The position numbers were made by a program, and so were the translations under genes. A DNA stretch of 64,000 nt from Tubiluchus corallicola (taxonomy: Eukaryota > Animalia > Priapulida), in NCBI GenBank assembly GCA_030141605.1, contig JAQGDQ010000194.1, positions 310,001-374,000 of the forward strand, written 5' to 3'. Positions 29,701 through 41,700 of this stretch are shown piece after piece (within the stretch, counting starts at the first letter, position 1; each line of letters starts with the position of its first letter). The notes below the pieces were generated by a model. The model was not told where the DNA came from, did no database searches, and was given only the letters and a program-made list of their open reading frames with translations.

Positions 29701-32700
29701 AACACTTTCCTTGGTTTCAGAAGATGTGTCAATGGCACCAATAATATTCAAGGAAAGTGGCATTCAGTTTTGAAATTTGATAAAAATAATGTAGAGCTTT
29801 TTAGTTTTCTATCAGATATAAAAGCTTGAGCAGAATTCAAGGGTAGGTAAAGTGCTTTGACTGTGGCAACCAAGGCCAAAAACCTACATAATGATCAAAA
29901 TTACTGGTATTATTTTAATAGAAGTAACTAAATAAACTTCACATAACTCAACTGTGGATTGAAATAGGAAAATATCTTAGCTGTATAGATCTATGAACAT
30001 GCATGAAAACACAGCAGTCAAAACTATGGGGAATTTAATCATTGATTCAACACACTCCAGAAGTAACTCAATTCATTCAGACTGCGGCGCTCGCATTCAG
30101 ATAGCTATTTGCTTAAAATCAACAATGGGCTCTCACCAATAAAATGGTCGGAAGTTGACGAATCTGACACAGAAACAGAAACTGACAAATGTAATATTGG
30201 TACCCTAACTGAAATCAAAGCAGAAGCCAAAAAATTCATAAACAAGGCCAAAGACAGAAAAAGACTTGAAATGGTAATAAAAATTTTGCACTGTTGGCAT
30301 CAAAATAGACCAGATCTCAGAAAATAATGTTAATAAACAGAAAACTAATCACAATAGAGAAAACAGTTAATCAAACAAACCAAGCAAATTAGCCACAAGT
30401 CCCATTGTGCAATTAGCGAGCCAGTTTCTCACAGCTCTCTATTGTAAAAATAGAGCATTGTAGCAAGCCAGACTATCCGTGTGGGCCTTTAAGATGCTAG
30501 GCAAGACTCGCACGCGTCTCAGGTACAACACGACTCTCTGCACGTGCAGACTTCGCGTATGCGCTCATCGTGTACCAATCCGGCTGCTGTCTGATCAGTC
30601 TTATGCGCAGATCTACTCCAGGCAGCAGAAAGCGGGGTTGACTAAAAAAGTCCACAAAAAGTTTGGTGACGTACTGGCACGTGGCTCCATCTCATAGCAG
30701 AACCGACCTTTCTCTCAGCGACTGGTTTTGAATCGGTTGGCCGATCTGCGGGTTGGCAGGATCCGGGTGCCAACCCGCCTGTCAGGTTCGAATTGCATCA
30801 GTATTTGCAGATAGACCCTGTAGCCGTAGTATCTGCTTGTTTCCCAACATCACCTTGCAATCTGAAAACAGGCAAATTTACCACAAGCGGAAGTGCGTTC
30901 TCTCCCACCCCGGAAACCGGCTCTCCATTGGCGGTCGACATGCGCATGTTCAAGACCAGTAGAGTGTCGTTGCAGTTGAGATACGAGATATTCGTCTGAA
31001 CTTCTCATAATAAGAAACTCGATGGGACTGGTCACATTCTCTGTATACATGTTGAAGGGTTTAAAATGCACATATTGTATTTCGGAAATGTCCACTTGGG
31101 CGGACATCTCGATAAACAAATCCAGCACGCTTTTTGTCGCTAGAGTTTCCATGGTCTCACAAAAAAGTGTCAAAAGTCTTCTTCTTCTCACTCTGTTTCT
31201 TCTTGTGATCCTTTTTCTACAGGCACCCGTCTGTTTTCTCTGTCCTCCTTAAGGCGGGCTATCCTAGTTTTGCTCCGTTTTCGCTTTTTCACACTCGACA
31301 CACTTTTGCTTATCTCCTGCGCCAGAGCATCTTTCAAATTTCTGGCAGCTCACTTGGTGGCAGTCTTGGCCGCATCTTTTGCGGCACACAGAGCCAGAAA
31401 TTCCAAGAGTCCAAATAGGCCACAAGCATATGCCAGCAATGCCACACCTCACTGACGTTTGCTGTCATATGTGTAACAGGGATCGCTGCTAGCCACCATC
31501 CTCGCACTTCCACACACCGCACCACACGGAGTATAGTCACATTTGCCTATTAGATACAGTGCTGGTCTAAAGTGAAGATTCAAGAGCATGTGTCCCCAGT
31601 GGAAATCCACTTTTCTGCCCACGTAGCCTTCTGGACCCTTCAGACGACTCCTGTTGACTTTGTGATAGTAGATGCGCCGAAATTTGTGCGTCACGGTGTC
31701 TCCATGCTCTCTCTCGATGGTGGCAGCGTGCAGGAGAGGTACCGAAGTGTGACCATGGGCAAACGTCCAATGCAATCCAGATATATGTACAGGGTCTGTC
31801 GACCTTGATCGACTTTGAAGGGATGGGAAGATTCGTGTTCGCCTCAAGTCGATTGGTTTGTGTGTGCAAAAACACAGTGTGGAAAGTTCTCCCTCGACTG
31901 ACCATTGAGAGTGTCTGCAGATAGGATGAAAACTCACGTCGAAAAATTTTCTGGGCAACTATTCGCGCAAGTAATGCATCAACTGTTTGGCGTCGCTGTA
32001 ATGTCCATTGGGTAGCTCTATGTGCTTGTAACCTTTGGAGAGTGCACAAAAATCACTTGCCATGGGTAGCCTGACAGATTGTCCGTGAGTCAAGAAGGCC
32101 ACGGAAGCGTTACTCTCGTAGTTGCAAATAGAGCAAGGATAGACTATTTCCGTTCTCAGTAATAGACCATCTTCTCAGTCTCCTTTCAGCAACAGTGAGG
32201 CAAGCAACTGCACTCGAAAGCTGCTGGGTCTGTTTTCTGGATGCTGGTTGGGCGAGGCATTAGAAGCCAGCAACACGTAAAAACTGGCGGGCATCACACC
32301 GTCACGAAATGTTCCACGCTTATCCAGCTGGCAGACTATTGGATAATCCAGCCATTTCGCGAAGAAACGCTTATGTTTTCCTTTACCCTTCGTTTTGAGA
32401 ACTATTTCCACCCGGTAAACATTCCGACTTTACGACTTTCAGCAATCCGTCTTTCAGAATATGCCATGCATCGGCTCGCCCCTGTGACGCGTTATGTGAT
32501 AGGTGAGTGGCCAGGCTGCAGAACTGTCTTCGGATGCCTGCTTGACGATGTTCTTCGGTTCAGTTGGGCAGGTAGGATTTTTCTAAATGATCCTTGACTT
32601 TGGAAATACGTACCAAATCTCCCACCTGCAATTTGTTGCTCGCACCTTTTTTCTCCCCCTTCACTTGCCGCACAATTTTCTCCACAAGAGCATTTCCTTT

Positions 32701-35700
32701 CACGAATTCACCTCGAGCGGAGCCGTGCCTATGTTCCGGTGCGAGGCGGCATCGTAACCGTGTACTAGATCTTGGAGAAAATCTATCCAGCTAGGCATCT
32801 TGGTCGCCTGTAGGTGGTTTTCTTGGTAAAAAATGCATGTTTTATTCTTTCAAGAGTTTTTGCACGTATTTTTAAATTATCTACCCTTGTCTGTGTATAA
32901 CTTGAGCTCTTCAGTCTCGAATGTAAAGCTCGTGCAATTTCCCTTCCGCCTTTATTCTTCAACGCTCTCGCCCAGGCATAGTAACTGAAACAATCCACCA
33001 CTGTTACCATGTGCTTGTAGCCGTCGTTGTATTTGGAGAGAGCGTCCATGATCACCAAACCGGCTTGAAATTGGTAATCAATTCCCCGCATCAAGGCCTG
33101 GCGAGTAGGGTATCCTCGGAGTCTGGCACCCCTGCGAAGCGCGTAAGCGGGCTGGGCACTCAACCATTCGTGCACTCGGCACGCGGAATGGCATCGAGCA
33201 CCCGCAGTTCCGAAGCAAGCCGAATGATGCAACTCGTAGTAAATCTTGACTAGAGTTCTGTCGTCTTCAACCACACAAATTCCCTCGCCAGAGGAGACGA
33301 TTGACGCTGTTGCTTTCGCATGGTTTGTTTATGAGAACATTCCGGAGTGGGCGCAGCTTCAGTACCAGATCATATGCAATGGTGTGCCAGCATGCCGGGG
33401 GTGGCTAGACCCAACTTGCAAATAATAATAATAATAATAATATGATGATGCAATAACCCCTCCAAATAATGGAACTAACCCTAACTCTAGCGCAACCCTC
33501 CAAATAATGAAACTTCACTAACCCCCTCCAAATAATGCTCAACCCAAATCCTAACCCTAGCTGCTAACCCTAAATCTAACCCTAGTCTACCCGTCCAAAT
33601 AATGGAACTCCCCTAACTCCCTCCAAGTAATCGTCAACCCTATCCCTAACCCTAAACCTAACCATAATTCTAACCCTAACTCACCCCTCCAAATAATGTA
33701 ACTTCCCTAACCCTCCAAATAATGGTCAACCCTAATCCTAGCTGTTAATCCTAATCCTAGCTCCAACCTTAGCTGCTAACCCTAACCCTAATTTACTGAT
33801 GAGATGAGAGGTATCTCTCGTGTTATTGCTGCTGTTGCCAGTTCTATCCGTCTTTGCTGTCTTACCCAGCTGAGTCATGGGTACACTTATTTCTTTCAGA
33901 TATTCGGAAAAGTCAGACCATTCTCGTGGTGGCGCCATCTTTTCGCTGGTTATGGCATAATTTATCAAATCCACTAGGTGTGACCTGTCACCACATGTCC
34001 CGCACGCACCAGACGACGCACTTCGTCTCAACGAGCGGGATAAGCCTTCAACAAGGAGAGCATTTTTTCGCCTCTGTTCTTGTACTTGACGGGTAATGCT
34101 TAGATTATGTGAGCGTCTTTGAGTCGGTAAAGTCATCTTCCCCCATGGCTGACAGATGTTTCAAGTCTTTGATCTCTTGCATCATTTCGCTTCTCAACTT
34201 ATTTTCCACACCGGGTGGTAAACTCTGTGCAGACAATTCTCCCTTTTTCTGCTGAATTTCTACCTGGCGTGTCTAGACTGGCACGTGCACGTTTCAGCCT
34301 TTTATACTCGGCCAACGGTACCAACACCATCTGAGAATACATTTTCTATTTTTTGTTTTTATTGCGAAAGGTTTTCATGGTTCTAGCCACAGATGCAGCA
34401 GCTGAAGTGGCACCAAATATACCTGCCAAAATGGGTATGATTGGAAATATTCCACCATTTTGCACCAGCACGCGTCTTCTGGCCTGCAATGTGGAGCCGA
34501 GTTGAGCTAATCTTCTGAGTACATTGTAATGACCTTTCAACACCTTTATCTGTTTTGGTTTCAACTTCACATTTCTGTTTAGTATTTTGAGAGCACATTC
34601 TACTAAAAAAATTCACCGCATCCCCAATGGCCCATTTTAACAAATCTCCCTTCTGATAGGAACTGGCATGAGCCAACGGTTTGTATCGTCTAATGCGACC
34701 CGTTTTCATTACTACTGTTAATGCCGGTGTGTTGTTGTTGTTGATGATGATGATGATGCCACTGATGGTTCAGTGGCTCACCCGTCATGTTTGCTTATCT
34801 CATTTTTGCGGAGGGAAGACCAGCTGCTGTGCTTCATGTGGCAATATGGTACTTCTCATGCGAATGCTGTCGTCAGTTTCCTGTCGCAAATCGAAAAGCA
34901 CGTAAGAAAATGGCACCGCCGAGGCACTCTCGAATGCATCCACAAAAGATTTGGATTTCCCGGATACATTTGCCTACCCAACATTTCCACCGGCATCTTG
35001 GCACTCGGATTTTAGAATAAAACGAAGTAGTGCGTATTTAGACTGCGAGTTCTCGATTCTTTACTCTGCTGAAAAAGCGTCTCTAGTATTTTGCGTGATG
35101 AAAACCACAAAACAGAGCTTGTGGTATGCAAGCTTTGTGAACATGTCCGTCATCCATTTTGAGGAGGCCAGTGCGGACATCATGTCGTCCTCCACCACTA
35201 AATCTCCTGCTCGTAATTCCACATTTATGTTGTTTCTGTACTCCACTTGTTGTAATTCTGCGTCGGATGGCGGACTTTGCGATATCCACAACACCGATAT
35301 CTGGGGTTTGGTATCGAACAACCCGCTCCAATAGAGGATAAGATTTTTCACAAAAGTGCTTTTCCTGGCACGAGTGGCTCCGGCCACCAACATGGTGCTA
35401 CCAAATTTCAGCCTGGCATTGAAAGTTTGCTCTGTCATAGCTAAGTTTTTATAGTACTACAATCCATCAACGTGTTTATGACAACAAAATGGAAGCATGC
35501 ATACCCGTACAAACATATTCTACTACAAACTGTGTGATGATTTGCTTGCACAAACATATTCTATCACAAAATGTATGCAGAAACATATTCTGCTGGCAAC
35601 TCAAACACATGATGAGAGCGTGAGTGGTCTATTTTTTAACGCTGATCTACCAACAGGTTGGTGGGTGCTAATCTGCTAGGTGACCATATATTGGGGTTTT

Positions 35701-38700
35701 TGGAGCCGGCGCCCAGATTTGCTTTGTGATGACACGTCTCTCTAGATTGAGAAAAGGAGTGAAGAAGCTATAGAAAATGATACAGTGGTTTTTCCTCTCT
35801 CTCTGCAGCAGTCAGTCAGTGCATTCATAGAGGACCAATTTCAGGTGAGTGTACATTTCGTTTTCTCATTCTAGTACTTACTTAAAATTTACTCTAATTA
35901 AGAAGAGCAGGAATTTTTTGACTACTTATTTTTAGCAAGCATCAGAGTTGGAGAAAAATGGCTCAAAATTCATGTGGATAAAAGAGAAGATGAGGGTGTA
36001 GCCGACTTGTTTTCAACACCTCCTACACCCCCCACAAACACACATTACGCCCACTGATCCTAAAAAACTGAAAAAATTGCATGATGTAAAAGTCTTTAAC
36101 GTTTCCTTTGCGGGATTTCAAACAACCCCAAAATCCACCTGTGCCCTCAAAACCACAGCAACAAAAACAATAACATACAACAATGACTGCAGGTGCCAGC
36201 AAGCGGAAGCAAACGTAAAAATCCACGTAAGATTGGCAGCAGCAGCAGCAATAGAGTGGTGCAGAAATACACCTTGTGAGAAAGTCAAGTCATTGCTCTT
36301 TGAAAACAAACACAAGAATATCGTCATAGTCAGCAAACTGATCACTACAGACAAGTGAATTGAACATAGTTCTTCCCACAGACTGCGCCAAAAATTTGAT
36401 AATTCGCAAAATAGAAACCGGCATATACCACAACTGCAGCTTCAAACCTCCTCACCTTTGGCGCCCAGTTCCCTACTACAAGCGATCCACTTACAAATAT
36501 CAGAGTAGACACATGGCGCCTGGTGGGAGGAAATGTTGGAGTATACGGAATTAGCATTCTACGACAAACCACCAGAAACAGGATCACCTATGTCAAGGGG
36601 CTCGAGATGTACAGTTTCGTCAAAAATCATCTATCCAAAGATCTACAAAGTGAACGAGTGCCATCAGCTATACAATGGCAGAGCGATCCGGGCAGCCGAA
36701 ATGATGGCCAACTATCTGCTAACTCTATGACTAGAACAGTCAACATCATCGCCACGGCTTCATTCGCACAACACTTTGCTATGTAGTTGCTGCAAGCTAG
36801 ATTAGGTGGAAAACACTACAGAAACAAAAGCTAGAATACACCATCCTCGAACTCACCAAATACGGCGGACTGACACTCACCACACCTGCAGTAGTTCGAA
36901 CCGTCACTAGCAAAGCTAAAATTTCCTGCAGCCTGAACCTTCCTACACTATATCAGGAGCTCATAAAGTTACCACAATGTTTTAATGAAATGTTTTACGA
37001 AGTAAAACTTTTTCCCAAATTAACTTGTAAACGTGATCAAATCATGCTAACTGTTTTTTACACTGCAAGTGTAATAATAATGGGGAACAGACTTGGAAGA
37101 TTTCCTGCATGTTTTTCTTAAATTTAATAATTTCGTATATGAGAAAAATATTGTTTGCTTGCCTGCTTAACAATTATCATGTGTAATTGAAGAATTATTT
37201 TGTATTAGATAAACGATTATAGATATGCATAGGCAAATGTGTAGAATTTTAATAATTATTTTGTATTTCATAAACGATTATAGACATGCAAAGCATTCCT
37301 AGATAGGACAAAACTTAATTAAATAGCACGTGTTGATGAATAAACAAGGAGGTCTATCGTACATGTTAACTGTTAAAAACAATTACACTAGATTATTATA
37401 CAATACTTCTGTACGTGCTATTAAACAAAAGTAAAGACTTTCACCTAATATGGTGATAAATATTAGAATATTTACCATATGCTGCCAACACCTGCATCAA
37501 CCGCACATTTACGTGAATGAAAGTCACGTGATGCTAATAGAATGCATCCTGTCAGTAGTGTAATTATGTATGAACTCGCTCTGATAAACAACCCTATTAT
37601 GACAAGATAGGGTTACAAATTAAGGTTAAAGTGAAATACTTCTGTTCGCGCTATTAATGGAAGTAAAAACTTTCACTTAATACAGAAACAAACATCCACT
37701 AACAGCAGGCTGCATAGGATTATGGATATCCATAAAATAAGACCAAAAATCCATAAAATAAAATTTGAAGAATCCATAAGATAAGAAATGCATAAAATAA
37801 AAAATATTTTTTTGTGATTTTTTGTGCAAAGTAACGAGTTGTAAGCATTGGCAACACTGAAAACAAACGTTAGAAGGAGAGAAAGAGAAAGAAAACAAAC
37901 CAACAAAAGCGCATTTCCGGATTTGCTATTTTACATTGTTTTTTCTCATTGTCTTTTTGTTATCAAGATGGTGAAGTTTCAACCAAAGCATGACCTGGAG
38001 TTCGGTCTGAAAATAACTGAGACCTAGCCACCAGAGACGTACTCTCTGTAGACTAATAAAATTAGAACTAAGCCTGCGTGTTTAAAAACACGTTTCAAGC
38101 ACTCCTGTTTTTACTTTTTAATTGATTTCCCGCTGGGCATCTCGTTCCAGATATAGTCTATTTCTTATTTTATTGATATCCATAAAATAAAATTTCAAAA
38201 ATCCATAAAATAAGCTATTTTATTTATTTTATACATATCAATAATCTTATGCACCCTGACTAACAGTGTTTAAGCTAAACCCAATTAAAGAAAACTTTCA
38301 TCTCAACAAGTTAGGGTTAAAGCAACCATGTATGCGCAAATCAACACCACATTTCGCAATAAGTTAGGGTTAGAGCTAGGGTTAATGGTAGAACAAACAC
38401 GCATGCACAAACCTACAACAGTTACACCACATTTCGCAACAAGTTAGAGTTAGTGCTATCATGCATGCACAACAAACCTATAACACTTATACCACATTTA
38501 TCACATGTTAACAGTCAAAGGTGGCATGGACTAGCGGGTAAGGGGGAGAACTCGCACGCAACCAATTAGTGGTTCGAAACCCACTTAAGGAAAACTTTCA
38601 TCTCATTAACTTAGGATTAGTGTTAGAAGCTAGGGGCCCACTCAGTATCGTAACATTGACACTACTAATATGTATAATGTATATACATATAATTAATAAA

Positions 38701-41700
38701 GAGTTATAATGATAATAACGATAATAATTAGCTAAATAAAAGCCAACCATGAAAAAGAATCAATTCTGTTAAAATTCCAATGTTGTGGCCAGACTTCAAA
38801 AATTTGAAAAAGGTGGGTTGGTCCACATGACATATCTGGCAGGTTCTATTGTTGGGCTCAAGCTCAATGGTAATCATTGATAACTGCACAAGCACAGAGA
38901 GCAGTGGCAGCTACATATATATATATCCAAGAAATCTTGTGTGTTCAGCACAACATGAAAATGTTTTAGAAGAAATGTTACCTATATATCACATGTAATA
39001 TAATGTGATATGTACATGACGTACCAAAATCTATAAAAACAGTTTGAATTTTTTGTTTATATGTGCCAAATTCGTAATGCTATTTAAAACAAAAACCTAC
39101 TAAAATATAGTTACTACTGTTTTTGTTAATTTAGTGTCTAGCAACCTGACAATGAAATCGCCATCTACACCAGCGAACCTCAAGCAGAGCAATCAGTGCC
39201 ATCTGTGCGTCTGTCTGCCAAATAAAAATGAATTCGTTGATCTTGAAAACCCACGTCTAGACACAAATCATAATCCTATCTACAGTAGAAAGTGCAATAT
39301 GGCCAAGAGTAGCCTTTTGACAGCCATCTTGAAATCTTAATTGGGGTGATAAATTATAACAATACTTTTGAGCAACAGATGTGTATTCCTGATATTGAAA
39401 ACCTAAATTTAGACAACAAAAATCACTGTCCTAAATAGCTAAGGTAAGAGCTTTACAAGCTAGAGGAAACTATGTTGTCGGCCGTCATAAATATGGCAGT
39501 CATATTGAAATTTTCAATTGGCAGCATATCCAAATTAATCTCGATGGGTTTCAGCACAATGCAAAATTTCGTGCTTTTAAAAAGAAGCAAGCAATTTTTC
39601 AGTAAACTGATCATATTTATATCCAGAGTTTGGCATAGGCTTTGGTCCAGGTAAAAAGCAAATTTCACGTGACTTACACACTAACACTAACATTTGGAGG
39701 GCTCACTAGTTGGAGAAACCTACGTTTACATATTGTTTTACCCCTTAGTTTCGGATATGTGATTATTGCCATTAACGTCTAAGTAGTGAAACTTTAGTCA
39801 GTGATTTTGCAATCTACCAGTACATGCCCTTTTGGAAAAACATTGGTACATTATATTACCTCAGGAAGTACCAACAACTGGTCTGACTCATTGATTACTA
39901 GGTTATTTCACCGTAAAAAAATTATTTTTCAGAACAAAACAAAATTCAAATGAATCTACTTTATCGAAGATAAACAGGAGTTACCTATCTTCATACATAG
40001 CAAAAGCTCAGGACAAAAGAGTTGTGTACATTCAACTTCTGCTGTCGTACAAACTTCACCTTTATTCTCGCAGATAGCATAAAAATCCTATTTTAAAATA
40101 AAAGAAGACATTTTAGCAAAAGTACATAAGATGCCTGCTGAAAAGCACTAATATACCATATAACCATAGTGCAGAGCTAAAAGATTTATTTTTGTTCAAA
40201 AATTACAATCTTCTGCAATAATATTGCAATTTGTTTAAAAAAAACTTCTGCATATAAAAGTATTAAACTGCAAATTATTAGAATCCAGGTCCTGATCGAT
40301 TTTCGGTAGGCGATCACCTGTTTCGATATAATTGCTTGGTGCTTATGACAAACCGCGCTATTTATACGATACGATGGTTGATTAGTCCCCGAGTTTCACA
40401 TCTGGTGGAAAAAGTTATCAAATAATATTATTAATAGAATATAAAAGTCCTATAAGTTTACCATTTGTTTTTATAAAAAACAAAAAATTGATATTTTACC
40501 CAATTTTTGATGCATTTATTATAAAACCTGATTTAACCTGAATAAATAATTAAAATATGGCAAGCAGTTTAGTAATTTTGTTTCGAGATGTGTGTTCGTG
40601 CTGAAATAACTAAGTAATAGTTTTTCATAATAACAATTATTATTGTTAATATAGTAGTCGTCTTCATTATCATCTGCATTATTATTATTAATGACTAAAC
40701 TGCATCACAGTCAGATTTTAATTCCCACAGCCGCCATGTTAACATTTTTTTTATTTACCTATCTTTGAAATTTTCAAACCTAATTTTCAATGTTATGCCT
40801 CCAGACAATTTTTCAAGCCTTGCGCGTTGTATGGCACAGCAGATTGTTTACGTTAAATTGTAGTTGGCGGATGCACTGATTATCAAGCTGAATAAACGGA
40901 TACCCTAATAGGGTCAACAAATATTTCCGAAAAAAAATTGTCATTTGCTATAAAAACCTCCGAAAAATACAGATATAAACATGAAGAAAATACTATAACC
41001 AGATACTTCTGTAATACTTTCAGCACTATAACTTTACCAAAAATTTTGTAAAATGTACCCTAGCGTATAATTTATGAGACAGTGTGTGCCTAAACGAATC
41101 ACACAATGATCATATAACTCACTGCACACACCATACATGATATCTTGCACCTTAACAGACATAGCAACCACGAGAAAAGCTCCTTATCTTTTTTGTTTTT
41201 AAGTAGCTGAATACACATAATTTTTTCTTTGTGCTGATGTTATACAAAAATTATTCATTTAAGTCTTGCAAACTTACTAGACTACTAAACGTATCCATAA
41301 TATACACAAGTAGTGGAGATTGTGGTATAATGTGTCCTTTAGGGACCCCATAGGAAGATGCACGACCCCCAGGGATTTTTTTAAGTTCTTTTCACCCCTC
41401 CAACTTGTTAAGTAAGAGTAATCCTAACACTAAAGCGCACTGAAATGGTAATTCTAATACCCGTAACCCTAAACCCTAACCCCAGTCTGTCAAGATGGAG
41501 TTTAACATTGAGTTAGTTAGTGTTATTATGGCACAAATACTGTAGGCAGATAATTGCACGCACACGTGTGAATTTAAAGACGTGACAATTATGTTTTGAG
41601 AAATGTAGTAGAGTGAAAGAAAAAAGTGTTTAACTACGGATCTTAATTAATAATTAATCAATTAGAAATGAATGAATCTGTTTGACTCGTTGGAACGTGA

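Larger units (their letters stand above)
30400..38666. mobile_element. Polinton/Maverick (adintovirus-like) copy A, decayed, left end truncated inside the capsid gene
   Basis: GC-richer block with pseudogenised major and minor capsid, chromo-integrase and packaging ATPase. Probable right end ACTACT at 38661-38666. No pPolB, protease, left TIR or TSD found. Confidence 0.9.

Noticed and set aside
33421-33815. True telomere or CRISPR-like array
   Set aside because: Internal and degenerate, with no constant-repeat/unique-spacer structure; eukaryotic context and no cas genes.
36360-36554. VLTF3/TFIIB-like transcription factor suggested by YKRSTY
   Set aside because: No zinc-ribbon cysteines; cross-copy comparison fits the FKPP/HGxxW/YVKG Polinton protein instead.
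36727-37170. Host TBP/TRF gene
   Set aside because: Highly divergent, intronless, disrupted and at the same position inside two element copies.
38520-38585. Functional tRNA gene
   Set aside because: No acceptor stem and a poorly paired anticodon stem; kept only as a tRNA-like unit.
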